DNA of 64,000 nucleotides from an uncultured Actinomycetota bacterium (GTDB lineage Bacteria; Actinomycetota; Actinomycetes; Propionibacteriales; Nocardioidaceae): NCBI GenBank assembly GCA_963742685.1, contig CAVUNB010000015.1, positions 9,827 to 73,826 of the forward strand, read 5' to 3'. Shown piece by piece: positions 55,972 to 64,000 of this stretch (position 1 is its first letter; each line of letters starts with the position of its first letter). The notes under the pieces were generated by a model. It saw only the letters and a program-made list of their open reading frames with translations, ran no database searches and was not told where the DNA came from. The position numbers and the translations under genes were made by a program.

Positions 55972-57033
55972 ATGGAGACTCGTCGGATCGCCCTCGTCAC
56001 CGAGAAGTTCTATCCCGCAGTCGACGGCACGACGACCACGCTCAAGCAGGTCGCCGACCACCTGATCGATGCCGGCCACGAGGTGCTGATCGTCGCGCCG
56101 GGGCCAGGACTGAGCACCTACCGCCGCAGCCATGTCGCCCGGATCCGGCCGCTGGACAAGCCCGGCCGCCAAGTGCGCGAGGCACTCGAGAAGTTCCAGC
56201 CCGACCTCGTGCACGTCACCTCGCCCGCCACCCTGGGCCGCAAGGCGCTCAAGCACGCGCAACGCCTCGACGTACCAACCCTGGTCGTGCAGCACGCACT
56301 CCCCCAGGTCGCGGTGCGCGCCGACCGGATCGTCGCGACGTCGTCGTTCCTCGCCGAGAGGCTGGGCGAGCTCGGTGTCGACGCACGCGTGTGGGAGCCG
56401 GGGGCCGACACCCGTGCCTTCAACCCGGACCTGCGCGACCAGTGGCTGCACGACAAGTGGTCGCGCGTCCGGTCCCGCGACGGCCGCCAGGTCGTGGTCG
56501 GCTACGCGGGCAGCCTGCACAAGCGACACGGCGTACGCCGTCTGGCCGAGCTCGCCGAGGTCGCCGGGATCCGCCTCGTGGTGATCGGTGAGGGCCCGCA
56601 GCGGGTCTGGCTCGAACGCCACCTGCCGAAGGCGAAGTTCACCGGCGCCCTCGCCACCGGGGACCTCGCGGCAGCTCTCGCCTCGCTCGACCTGCTCGTC
56701 CACCCCGGTGAGGAGGAGTCGTGCTGCCACGCGCTGCGCGAGGGCGCCGCGACCGGCCTGCCCGTCGTCGCTCCTCGGGCGGGCGGCGCGCCCGGCGTCG
56801 TACGCGCTCTCGAGACCGGCCTCCTCTACGACCCGGCCTCACCCACCGGCCTGCGCCGCGCCGTCGAGGCCGTGGCCGGCGACCGGCACCGCGCGCTCAT
56901 GGGGGCGCGCGCCCGCGAGCTCAGCACCCGTTCGTGGAGCGCCGCGTGCAGCGAGCTCGTGTCCGAGCACTACGACCCGGTGCTGGCGGGCCGGACGTTG
57001 GCATTGCGGTGGAAGACGTTCTCCGGATCGTAG
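55972..57033 (+). CDS. GT4 glycosyltransferase (MgtA-like, divergent)
   Basis: IALVTEKFYPAVDG, PDLVHVTSP, VGYAGSL, IGEGP, EESCCHALRE, GLPVVAP. Confidence 0.75.
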   Translation: METRRIALVTEKFYPAVDGTTTTLKQVADHLIDAGHEVLIVAPGPGLSTYRRSHVARIRPLDKPGRQVREALEKFQPDLVHVTSPATLGRKALKHAQRLDVPTLVVQHALPQVAVRADRIVATSSFLAERLGELGVDARVWEPGADTRAFNPDLRDQWLHDKWSRVRSRDGRQVVVGYAGSLHKRHGVRRLAELAEVAGIRLVVIGEGPQRVWLERHLPKAKFTGALATGDLAAALASLDLLVHPGEEESCCHALREGAATGLPVVAPRAGGAPGVVRALETGLLYDPASPTGLRRAVEAVAGDRHRALMGARARELSTRSWSAACSELVSEHYDPVLAGRTLALRWKTFSGS

Positions 57034-58379
57034 GTGTCCTTGACGCGCGCCAACCGGGCATGGGTCGCGGCGCCGTACGTGGTCCGCACCAGCGCGTCGT
57101 CGTCCTCGGAGTGGAAGTTGACGTAGCCCCCGGTGTTGGAGGCGTAGGGCTTCAGCTGCGTCCACAGCGACTCCACCCACGGCCGGTCGGTCGCCAGCTC
57201 CTCGGCCGTCGTGCACTCCGCAGTAATGGCGATCGCCCACATGTCGTGGCGTCGGCCGCCGAAGGCCGTGGTGTCGTCGGCGACGCGGGAGTAGGCCCGG
57301 TCGAGCCGGAACATCGGGAGGAACGTGCCGGGGGCGGACTTCCGCGGAAGCCGTTCGGCGATGATCGCGATCGCCTCGTCCGCGAGCTCCTCCACATAGA
57401 GCCCCTTGTCGTAGCTGAAGGTCCCCCACGGCGCGTCCTCGTCGAGCAGCTGCTGCAGCGCCGTGTACGGCATCGGGGTGATGAGCTCCACCAGCGGCGG
57501 CAGCGCCGACCGGAAGGGCGCGACCGCCGCAGCGTGCTCCGCGGCGGTGCCGAAGCCGACGATGATGGCCCCGATCGCCGGGCATCCGTGCAGCTCCTCG
57601 GGCACGAAGGGAGCGGCCGGCATGGCCAGCCCCGCGGCCACGATCATCCCGGTCTGCTCCGGCATCCCGGACACCCGGTCGTCGACCAGCCGCAGCGCCT
57701 CGGTCGTCCGGTCGAGTCCCCAGAACAGGAGTCCGACGTGGACCTCCGGGCCCACCGGGTGGAGACGGAACGTGAACGACGTGACGACACCGAAGTTGCC
57801 GCCACCACCGCGCAGGGCCCAGAAGAGGTCCGGGTGGTCGGTCGCCGAGGCACGCAGCGTCCGGCCGTCGGCGGTGACGACCTCGGTGGCGAGGAGGTGG
57901 TCGATCGTCAGTCCGTGCTCGCGCGCCAGCCAGCCCATCCCGCCGCCGAGCGTCAGCCCGCCGACGCCGGTGTGGCTGATGATCCCGCCAGTGCAGGCGA
58001 GACCGTGCTCCTGGCACGCGGCGTCGACGCCCGCCCAGGTCGCGCCTCCGCCGACCGTCGCCGTACGCGCATCGGGATCGACCACCACCGAGCTCATCCC
58101 ACTGAGGTCGATGACCAGGCCACCGTCAACACCGGACGCCCCCGTCATCGAGTGACCTCCTCCGCGTACGGCGACCTCCAGCCGCTCGGTGCGCGCCACC
58201 TCCAGTGCCAGCGCGACGTCGTCGGCATCGGCACAACGAGCGATCACGAGCGGGCGCCGGTCGTGGGCGGCGTTGAACAGGGCGCGAGCCTCGTCGTAGC
58301 CGGCGTTGTGGGGGCCGATCACCTCACCCCGGAAGCGCGACGGGAACGCGATCGTGGTGGTATCGGTGACGTCAGACAT
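56970..58379 (-). CDS. FAD-binding oxidoreductase (berberine-bridge-enzyme-like)
   Basis: RGGGHS, GGLTLGGG, DLFWALRGGGGNFGVV, YVNF, KDTYDPENVF. Confidence 0.92.
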   Translation of the reverse strand: MSDVTDTTTIAFPSRFRGEVIGPHNAGYDEARALFNAAHDRRPLVIARCADADDVALALEVARTERLEVAVRGGGHSMTGASGVDGGLVIDLSGMSSVVVDPDARTATVGGGATWAGVDAACQEHGLACTGGIISHTGVGGLTLGGGMGWLAREHGLTIDHLLATEVVTADGRTLRASATDHPDLFWALRGGGGNFGVVTSFTFRLHPVGPEVHVGLLFWGLDRTTEALRLVDDRVSGMPEQTGMIVAAGLAMPAAPFVPEELHGCPAIGAIIVGFGTAAEHAAAVAPFRSALPPLVELITPMPYTALQQLLDEDAPWGTFSYDKGLYVEELADEAIAIIAERLPRKSAPGTFLPMFRLDRAYSRVADDTTAFGGRRHDMWAIAITAECTTAEELATDRPWVESLWTQLKPYASNTGGYVNFHSEDDDALVRTTYGAATHARLARVKDTYDPENVFHRNANVRPASTGS

Positions 58380-58490
58380 GTCGACTCCTTGTCGGGTTGC
58401 TGGACCGAGCGCAACGCCCGGCCAAGAGGCCAACGACGCTATGCAGCGGCCCAGTGATCCGGCATCGGCAGGACGCACCACTGCGCCGAA

Positions 58491-58508
58491 TTGGGTAGTC
58501 CGACCCAT
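58491..58508. promoter_or_regulatory. Candidate LuxR operator dyad upstream of the FAD oxidoreductase
   Basis: tTGGGT-agtccg-ACCCAt, about 50 bp upstream of a minus-strand TAGCGT at 58441-58436. Confidence 0.45.
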
Positions 58509-58524
58509 GGCAGACCAGGCATGG

Positions 58525-60081
58525 TCACAGCAGGTCGTGCTCGTAGGCGTAGGCGGTGGCCGCCGCCCGGGAGGACACCCCGAGCTTGGCGTAGATGTTG
58601 CTGAGGTGCCTCGCCACCGTCTTCTCGCTGAGGAACAGCTCCGAGGCGACGGTCCGGTTGGACATGCCCTTAGTCACCAGACCCAGCACCTGTGCCTCAC
58701 GGGCACTCAGCTGGCCAGCGCTCGACGCCGACCGGGACAGCCCGTCGACCCTCGCCACGTCGGGTGCGGCCCCGAGCTCTGCGAAGACCCAGCGCGCGGC
58801 GTCGAGCTCCATCTCGGCCGAGTCCGGGTCACCGAGCCGCAGGCAGGCGAGTCCGAGGAGCACACGGACCTGCGCGGCCTGGTACGGCGCCGCCAGCTCC
58901 TGCCACGCCCGCCACGCCCGACGCAGCACTGCGAGGGCCGCGTCGCCGTCGTCGCTGGTGATCAGGCAGGCGCCGTCGGCCTGCGCGGCCTCGGCGCGCA
59001 GCCACGCCGAGTCCAGGCTCTCGGCCGCGACCCGCAGCTCGTTCGCGGCCTCGCGTGCCTCATCGAGGTCCCCCGCCGCGATCATGATCTCCACGTGCGC
59101 CGCCAGCAGCGGCGACCGCTCGGTGTGACCGCTCGCCGCGGTCAACGCGCGCCGACTCATGGCTGCCGCGGCGGGGACCCGACCCTGGGCGACGCGCAAC
59201 AGCGCGAGCCCCGGCTGGAGGTCGGGAAGCCGCGTGCTGGCTCTTAGGTAGCCCTGCTCTGCCTCGGACGTCTCGCCACGTAGCCGGTGGAGCTCGGCCA
59301 GCCGGTAGTTGGCGATCCCCTCGGCGGCCGAACCGGAGAGACGGTCGCAGGCGAGGCGGGCCTCGTCGAGGGCGTCCGACCAGTCGCCTCCCAGTTGCAT
59401 GATCTCCGCCCGATGGACCAGACACTGCCCGCGATAGGCCACGAGGTCCGGCTGAGCCTCGCACCAGTGGGCTAGTGCCGCGGTCCACTCCCGAGCCCGA
59501 CGCAGGTCGAAGACCCTCTGACAGGTCTCGATCACGCCGCAGTACACGATCCCGGCCACGAGCGGCGTCACCTCTCCTGCAGTCACGGCGACCATCACCT
59601 CGTCCAGCGCCGCCACGCCTTCGGGCACGCGCCCCAGTTCGACGCAGGCCTGCCCGGTCCCGAGCCGGCCGAACGACAGCAGGTCGGGATCGGCGAACCG
59701 TTGCCCCAGTTCCACGACCTCCGCGAACAGCGCGTGCGCCCGTGACGGTTCGCTCATCAGCAGCTCGAGGGCGGCCGGCACCAACAGGTAGCCCGTCTCG
59801 GCGCAGTCCCCGCACCCGTCCAGGACGTCCTCGGCCCGGGCCAGCCATCCAGCGCCCCGTGCCGTCTCCCCTCGCAGCAACAGCTCCAGCCCCACCCAGA
59901 AGGCGGTGCGCGCGGCACGTTGCCTCTCGTCTCGGGACGACCACTCTCGAAAGGCGCGCGCGGCCAGCTCGTCACCGGCCTCGTACCTTCCGGTGAGGTA
60001 GGCCGCAATCACCAACAGGTCGAGATCCGACGGCTCCAGCTCGGCCTCCCGATCAGGGACGTCCCCGGCACGACCCGGCAT
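58525..60081 (-). CDS. LuxR-family regulator with TPR-like N-terminal region
   Basis: C-terminal [40 protein letters not shown]. Confidence 0.9.
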   Translation of the reverse strand: MPGRAGDVPDREAELEPSDLDLLVIAAYLTGRYEAGDELAARAFREWSSRDERQRAARTAFWVGLELLLRGETARGAGWLARAEDVLDGCGDCAETGYLLVPAALELLMSEPSRAHALFAEVVELGQRFADPDLLSFGRLGTGQACVELGRVPEGVAALDEVMVAVTAGEVTPLVAGIVYCGVIETCQRVFDLRRAREWTAALAHWCEAQPDLVAYRGQCLVHRAEIMQLGGDWSDALDEARLACDRLSGSAAEGIANYRLAELHRLRGETSEAEQGYLRASTRLPDLQPGLALLRVAQGRVPAAAAMSRRALTAASGHTERSPLLAAHVEIMIAAGDLDEAREAANELRVAAESLDSAWLRAEAAQADGACLITSDDGDAALAVLRRAWRAWQELAAPYQAAQVRVLLGLACLRLGDPDSAEMELDAARWVFAELGAAPDVARVDGLSRSASSAGQLSAREAQVLGLVTKGMSNRTVASELFLSEKTVARHLSNIYAKLGVSSRAAATAYAYEHDLL

Positions 60082-60088
60082 CGCCGGC

Positions 60089-60598
60089 TCACCGGTGTCG
60101 GAAGTCGATGACCATCCGGCTGGGCCCGGTCAGGTGCTGGATGCGGTAGTCGGCTCGGTGCCGCAACGCGAACGCGAACGTCACCTGGCCCTCGAAGTCG
60201 CCGCCCAGGGCGAGCGCCTTGAGAGTGTCGAACCCGGGCCGGGCCAGGCGCGGGCCGGTGTAGATGTTGTTGCCGGCCGCGTCGTGCCCGTCCGCGGTGA
60301 GCCCGATCCACAGCCCCGACGCCCCGCGGATCGGGATCGGCAGGCCGCTCCCGTCGAAGTGGAACCGGCGGGCATAGCCCGTGCGGTGGTCCGGCATCGG
60401 TCCGCTGAGGACGATCACGACCCGGTCGAAGTCGGGGTGCGTGGCGAAGCGCAGGTCGAGCACCTTGACGCCGTTGTTGTTCGGGAACGTCCTCGTCACG
60501 CCCGTGTCGCGCCAACCCGGTGGCGCCGCCGAGGCAGGAGGTGTCAGCAGGAGCGACGCGAGCATCGCGATGACGACTGTCAGGATCCGGGAACGCAT
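60089..60598 (-). CDS. Small secreted protein (AMIN-like domain)
   Basis: Signal peptide ending [25 protein letters not shown]. Confidence 0.7.
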   Translation of the reverse strand: MRSRILTVVIAMLASLLLTPPASAAPPGWRDTGVTRTFPNNNGVKVLDLRFATHPDFDRVVIVLSGPMPDHRTGYARRFHFDGSGLPIPIRGASGLWIGLTADGHDAAGNNIYTGPRLARPGFDTLKALALGGDFEGQVTFAFALRHRADYRIQHLTGPSRMVIDFRHR

Positions 60599-60653
60599 GG
60601 GGTGCTCCTCGCCTCGTCGGGACGTCTCGACGATACGCCTGATCGACCCCCGC

Positions 60654-62414
60654 TCACCGGCGTCGCAGCACCCGCGCCTCCCACGGGCCCAGCACGAGTC
60701 CGTCGACAGGACGGGGCTCGGCCACGTTCGACAGCACCAGCTCGGCGTCCGACCAGCCGGCCGGCACGGCTGCCTCGACCTGGTCGTCGGAGGACAGGTT
60801 GGCGACCACCAGCAGCTCGGTCTCCCCCTGCCTTCGGGTGAACGCGTAGACGCGCTCGTCGTCGGGCAGCAGCATCGTGAAGTCGCCGTGGGCCACGGTC
60901 GGCTCGTCGTGGCGAAGGGCCACCAGCCGGCGGTGGTGCGCGAAGACCGAGCCCTCGTCGTCGACCTGGTCGGCGGCGTTGATCTCGGTGTGGTTGCCGG
61001 TGACGGCGATCCACGGTGAACCCGTCGTGAAGCCGGCCTGCGGGCCACCGTCCCACTGCATCGGGGTGCGCGCGTTGTCGCGACCCTTCCAGCGGATCGC
61101 CGCCATGGCGTGCTCGGGTGGTACGCCGCGGGCAACCGCCGCCCGGTGCGCGTTGAGGGACTCGATGTCGCGCACCTGGCCCAGGTCGGTGAACCCCGCA
61201 TTGGTCATGCCGAGCTCGTCGCCCTGGTAGACGTACGGGGTGCCGCGGTGCAGGTGGAGCACCGTCGCCAGCGCCGTGGCCGAACGCTCCCGGTGCTGGG
61301 GCGAGTCGTCGCCGAAACGGCTCACGCAGCGCGGCTGGTCGTGGTTGCCGAGGTAGAGGCTGTTCCAGCCCACGTCGGCCAGCCCGTCCTGCCAGCGTCC
61401 GAACGACGTCTTCACTGCCAGCACGGACATGGGCACCACGTCCCACTTGCCGCCGGGGCCGGAGTCGAGGTCGACGTGCTCGAACTGGAAGACCATGTCG
61501 ACCTCGCGGCGCGACGGGTCGGTGTAGAGGCGGGCGTCCTCGACCGTGACCCCGGGCGTCTCGCCGACGGTGAGGAGGCCGGGTGGGCGCCCTGCGAAGA
61601 CCTCGCGGTGCATCTCCTGCAGGAACTCGTGGACGCGCGGACCGTTGAGGACGTGCGGCAGCGTGTCGCCGTACAGCGTCGTGTCGATGACCCCGACCCC
61701 GCCGTCGTTCTTGACGCCCACGTCGCCGTCGAGCAGGCCCGGCGGCTCGTCGACGGTGACCTTCGAGATCACGTTGATGACATCCATCCGGAAGCCGTCG
61801 ACCCCGCGGTCGAGCCACCACCGCATCATCGCGTAGACCGCCTCGCGCACCTCGGGGTTCTCCCAGTTGAGGTCGGGCTGGCTCGAGGCGAAGAGGTGGA
61901 GGTAGTACTCCCCCGTCGTCTCGTCCCACGTCCACGCCGGCCCGGAGAAGGCGGAGCCCCAGTTGGTCGGCTCTGCCCCGGGCTCGCCGCCCACGAACCC
62001 CTCTCGCGGCGGGCGCCACCAGTACCAGTCGCGCCTCGGGTTGTCGCGACTCGCCCGCGACTCGGCGAACCAGGCGTGTGCGCTGCTGGTGTGGTTGACG
62101 ACGAGGTCCATCACGAGCCTGATGCCGCGGGCGTGCAGACCGGCGATCAGCTCGTCGAGATCGTCGAGCGTGCCGAAGACCGGGTCGACGTCGTAGTAGT
62201 CGCTGATGTCGTAGCCGTTGTCGTCCATCGGAGAGCGGTAGACCGGACTGAGCCACACCACGTCGATGCCGAGGCGCTCGAGGTGGTCGAGCCGACCGAT
62301 GATGCCGCGCAGGTCGCCGATGCCGTCACCGTTGCTGTCCGCGAAGCTCCGCGGGTAGATCTGGTAGACGACGGCGGACTTCCACCAGTCGTCGGCGACG
62401 TCAGACTTCTGCAC
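60654..62414 (-). CDS. malL: GH13 alpha-glucosidase/oligo-1,6-glucosidase
   Basis: WWKSAVVYQIYPRSF, DNGYDISDY, DLVVNH, GFRMDVIN, GE, NHD, YQGDELG, RDNARTPMQW. Confidence 0.9.
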   Translation of the reverse strand: MQKSDVADDWWKSAVVYQIYPRSFADSNGDGIGDLRGIIGRLDHLERLGIDVVWLSPVYRSPMDDNGYDISDYYDVDPVFGTLDDLDELIAGLHARGIRLVMDLVVNHTSSAHAWFAESRASRDNPRRDWYWWRPPREGFVGGEPGAEPTNWGSAFSGPAWTWDETTGEYYLHLFASSQPDLNWENPEVREAVYAMMRWWLDRGVDGFRMDVINVISKVTVDEPPGLLDGDVGVKNDGGVGVIDTTLYGDTLPHVLNGPRVHEFLQEMHREVFAGRPPGLLTVGETPGVTVEDARLYTDPSRREVDMVFQFEHVDLDSGPGGKWDVVPMSVLAVKTSFGRWQDGLADVGWNSLYLGNHDQPRCVSRFGDDSPQHRERSATALATVLHLHRGTPYVYQGDELGMTNAGFTDLGQVRDIESLNAHRAAVARGVPPEHAMAAIRWKGRDNARTPMQWDGGPQAGFTTGSPWIAVTGNHTEINAADQVDDEGSVFAHHRRLVALRHDEPTVAHGDFTMLLPDDERVYAFTRRQGETELLVVANLSSDDQVEAAVPAGWSDAELVLSNVAEPRPVDGLVLGPWEARVLRRR

Positions 62415-63177
62415 GGCCTTCGTAGTCCTTGCTCCGCAGCCCGATCTTGTTGCCCAGCCAGACCAGCGGGTCGTACTTGCGGTCCACGACGCGTTCCTTC
62501 AGCGGGATGATCGCGTTGTCGGTGATCTTGATCCCCTCGGGACAGACCTCGGTGCAGCACTTGGTGATGTTGCACATCCCCAGTCCCGCGGCACCCTGGG
62601 CGAGCTCCCGACGGTCGTGGGTGTCCAGCGGATGCATGTCCAGCTCGGCGTAGCGCAGGAAGAAGCGCGGTCCGGCGAACGCCTCCTTGTTCTCCTCGTG
62701 GTCGCGCACGACGTGGCAGGTGTTCTGGCACAGGAAGCACTCGATGCACTTGCGGAACTCCTGCCCGCGCTCGACGTCGATCTGCTGCATCCGGCGCTTG
62801 CCGTCGGCATCGCGCTCCGGCGGCGCGAACGCCGGCAGCTCCTTGGCCTTCTCGTAGTTGAAGGAGACGTCCGTGACCAGGTCGCGGATCACCGGGAAGC
62901 TGCGCATCGGGGTCACCGTGATGACCTCGTCCTCCTCGAAGTCCGAGAGCCGGCACATGCACATCAGCCGGGGCTTGCCGTTGACCTCGGCGCTGCACGA
63001 CCCGCACTTGCCGGCCTTGCAGTTCCAGCGCACGGCGAGGTCGCCCGCCTGGGTGCCCTGCACGCGGTGGATCGCGTCGAGCACGACCTCACCCTCGGAG
63101 ACCTCGACGGGATAGTCCTTGATCTCGCCGCCGTCCTTGTCGCCGCGCCAGATCCTCAGCTTCAGCTGGTAGGCCAT
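62401..63177 (-). CDS. sdhB: Succinate dehydrogenase/fumarate reductase Fe-S subunit (Sdh1 type)
   Basis: CKAGKCGSC, CIECFLCQNTC, CNITKCCTEVCP. Confidence 0.93.
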   Translation of the reverse strand: MAYQLKLRIWRGDKDGGEIKDYPVEVSEGEVVLDAIHRVQGTQAGDLAVRWNCKAGKCGSCSAEVNGKPRLMCMCRLSDFEEDEVITVTPMRSFPVIRDLVTDVSFNYEKAKELPAFAPPERDADGKRRMQQIDVERGQEFRKCIECFLCQNTCHVVRDHEENKEAFAGPRFFLRYAELDMHPLDTHDRRELAQGAAGLGMCNITKCCTEVCPEGIKITDNAIIPLKERVVDRKYDPLVWLGNKIGLRSKDYEGRAEV

Positions 63178-64000
63178 CAGGACTCCTTCTTGGGCTCTTC
63201 GAAGTACTTCTTGAGCTCTTCGGGCATCACCGGCAACGGCTTCTCGTGCAAGTCAACTCCGTCACCGGTGCTGTTGAGGTTGACCACGAGGTTCTTGGTG
63301 CCCCACTCCGCGTTCGGCCCCGGGAAGTCGTCGCGGGTGTGGCCGCCACGTGACTCCTCGCGGGCGAGCGCCGCCTTGGCGATGCACTCGCTGACGATCA
63401 GCATGTTGCGCAGGTCGAGGGCCAGGTGCCAGCCGGGGTTGTACTGCCGGTGCCCCTCCACGACCATCGTCTTCGCCCGCACCTTGAACGCCTCGATCTC
63501 GCGCAGCGACTCCTCGAGCTCGGACGCCGTGCGGATGATGCCGACAAGGTCGTTCATCGACTGCTGCAGGTCCGACTGGATCGTGTACGGGTTCTCCCCG
63601 CCCTCGACCTCGAACGGGGCCAGCGCGCTCGTCTGCGCCGCCTTCACGTCGGCCTCGTCCACCTTCGGACGCGTCTCGCCGAGCGACCTGGCGTAGGCCG
63701 TCGCGGCCTCGCCGGCGCGCTTCCCGAAGACCAGCAGGTCACCGAGCGAGTTGCCGCCCAGCCGGTTGGAGCCGTGCATGCCGCCCGAGCACTCGCCGAC
63801 GGCGTACAGGCCGGTCACCGCGCTCTCCTGGGTGTCGGCGTCGACCTCGACGCCGCCCATCACGTAGTGGCAGGTCGGGCCGATCTCCATCGGCTCGGCG
63901 GTGATGTCGACATCGGCCAGCTCCTTGAACTGGTGGTACATCGAGGGCAGCCGCTTGCGGATGAACTCGGGGGTACGCCGCGAGGCGATGTCGAGGTAGA
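63177..64000 (-). CDS. sdhA: Succinate dehydrogenase/fumarate reductase flavoprotein, 3' part
   Basis: HYVMGG, HGSNRLGGNSL, REESRGGH. Confidence 0.93.
   Translation of the reverse strand, partial: YLDIASRRTPEFIRKRLPSMYHQFKELADVDITAEPMEIGPTCHYVMGGVEVDADTQESAVTGLYAVGECSGGMHGSNRLGGNSLGDLLVFGKRAGEAATAYARSLGETRPKVDEADVKAAQTSALAPFEVEGGENPYTIQSDLQQSMNDLVGIIRTASELEESLREIEAFKVRAKTMVVEGHRQYNPGWHLALDLRNMLIVSECIAKAALAREESRGGHTRDDFPGPNAEWGTKNLVVNLNSTGDGVDLHEKPLPVMPEELKKYFEEPKKES

Noticed and set aside
60622-60650. Possible further degenerate copies of the GGTYGA...TCGARAC element (also near 3430-3455)
   Set aside because: Too short and divergent to distinguish from chance in GC-rich DNA.

Overview
High-GC actinobacterial chromosome segment, most similar in character to Nocardioides/Propionibacteriales (inference). 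The backbone is the conserved actinobacterial nucleoside-catabolism neighbourhood: lpd, a gamma-glutamylcyclotransferase, punA, a phospho-sugar mutase, deoC with two ALDH genes, add, deoA, cdd, a BMP/ABC nucleoside transporter and an M20 amidohydrolase. It is followed by mutA-mutB-meaB and an Sdh1-type sdhAB. Accessory modules are inserted into it. (i) A tightly coupled four-gene lipid operon (fatty acyl-CoA reductase/HAD phosphatase fusion, Zn-dependent dehydrogenase, LarA/DUF2088-like protein, acyltransferase); this is my best candidate for an uncharacterised system, possibly ether-lipid synthesis. (ii) An IdeR-boxed heme-acquisition island (HmuTUV, three surface proteins, HmuO, TetR). (iii) A PucR/bdh/MFS module. 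(iv) MerR plus two aldo-keto reductases with three matching 19-bp-spacer promoters. (v) An orphan cassette of type VII secretion-like substrates. Two short palindromic REP-like elements lie in frame inside meaB and mutB. Many genes carry frameshifts, most likely consensus errors, so coordinates of broken genes are reconstructions. No rRNA, tRNA, CRISPR array, integrase or transposase was recognised.
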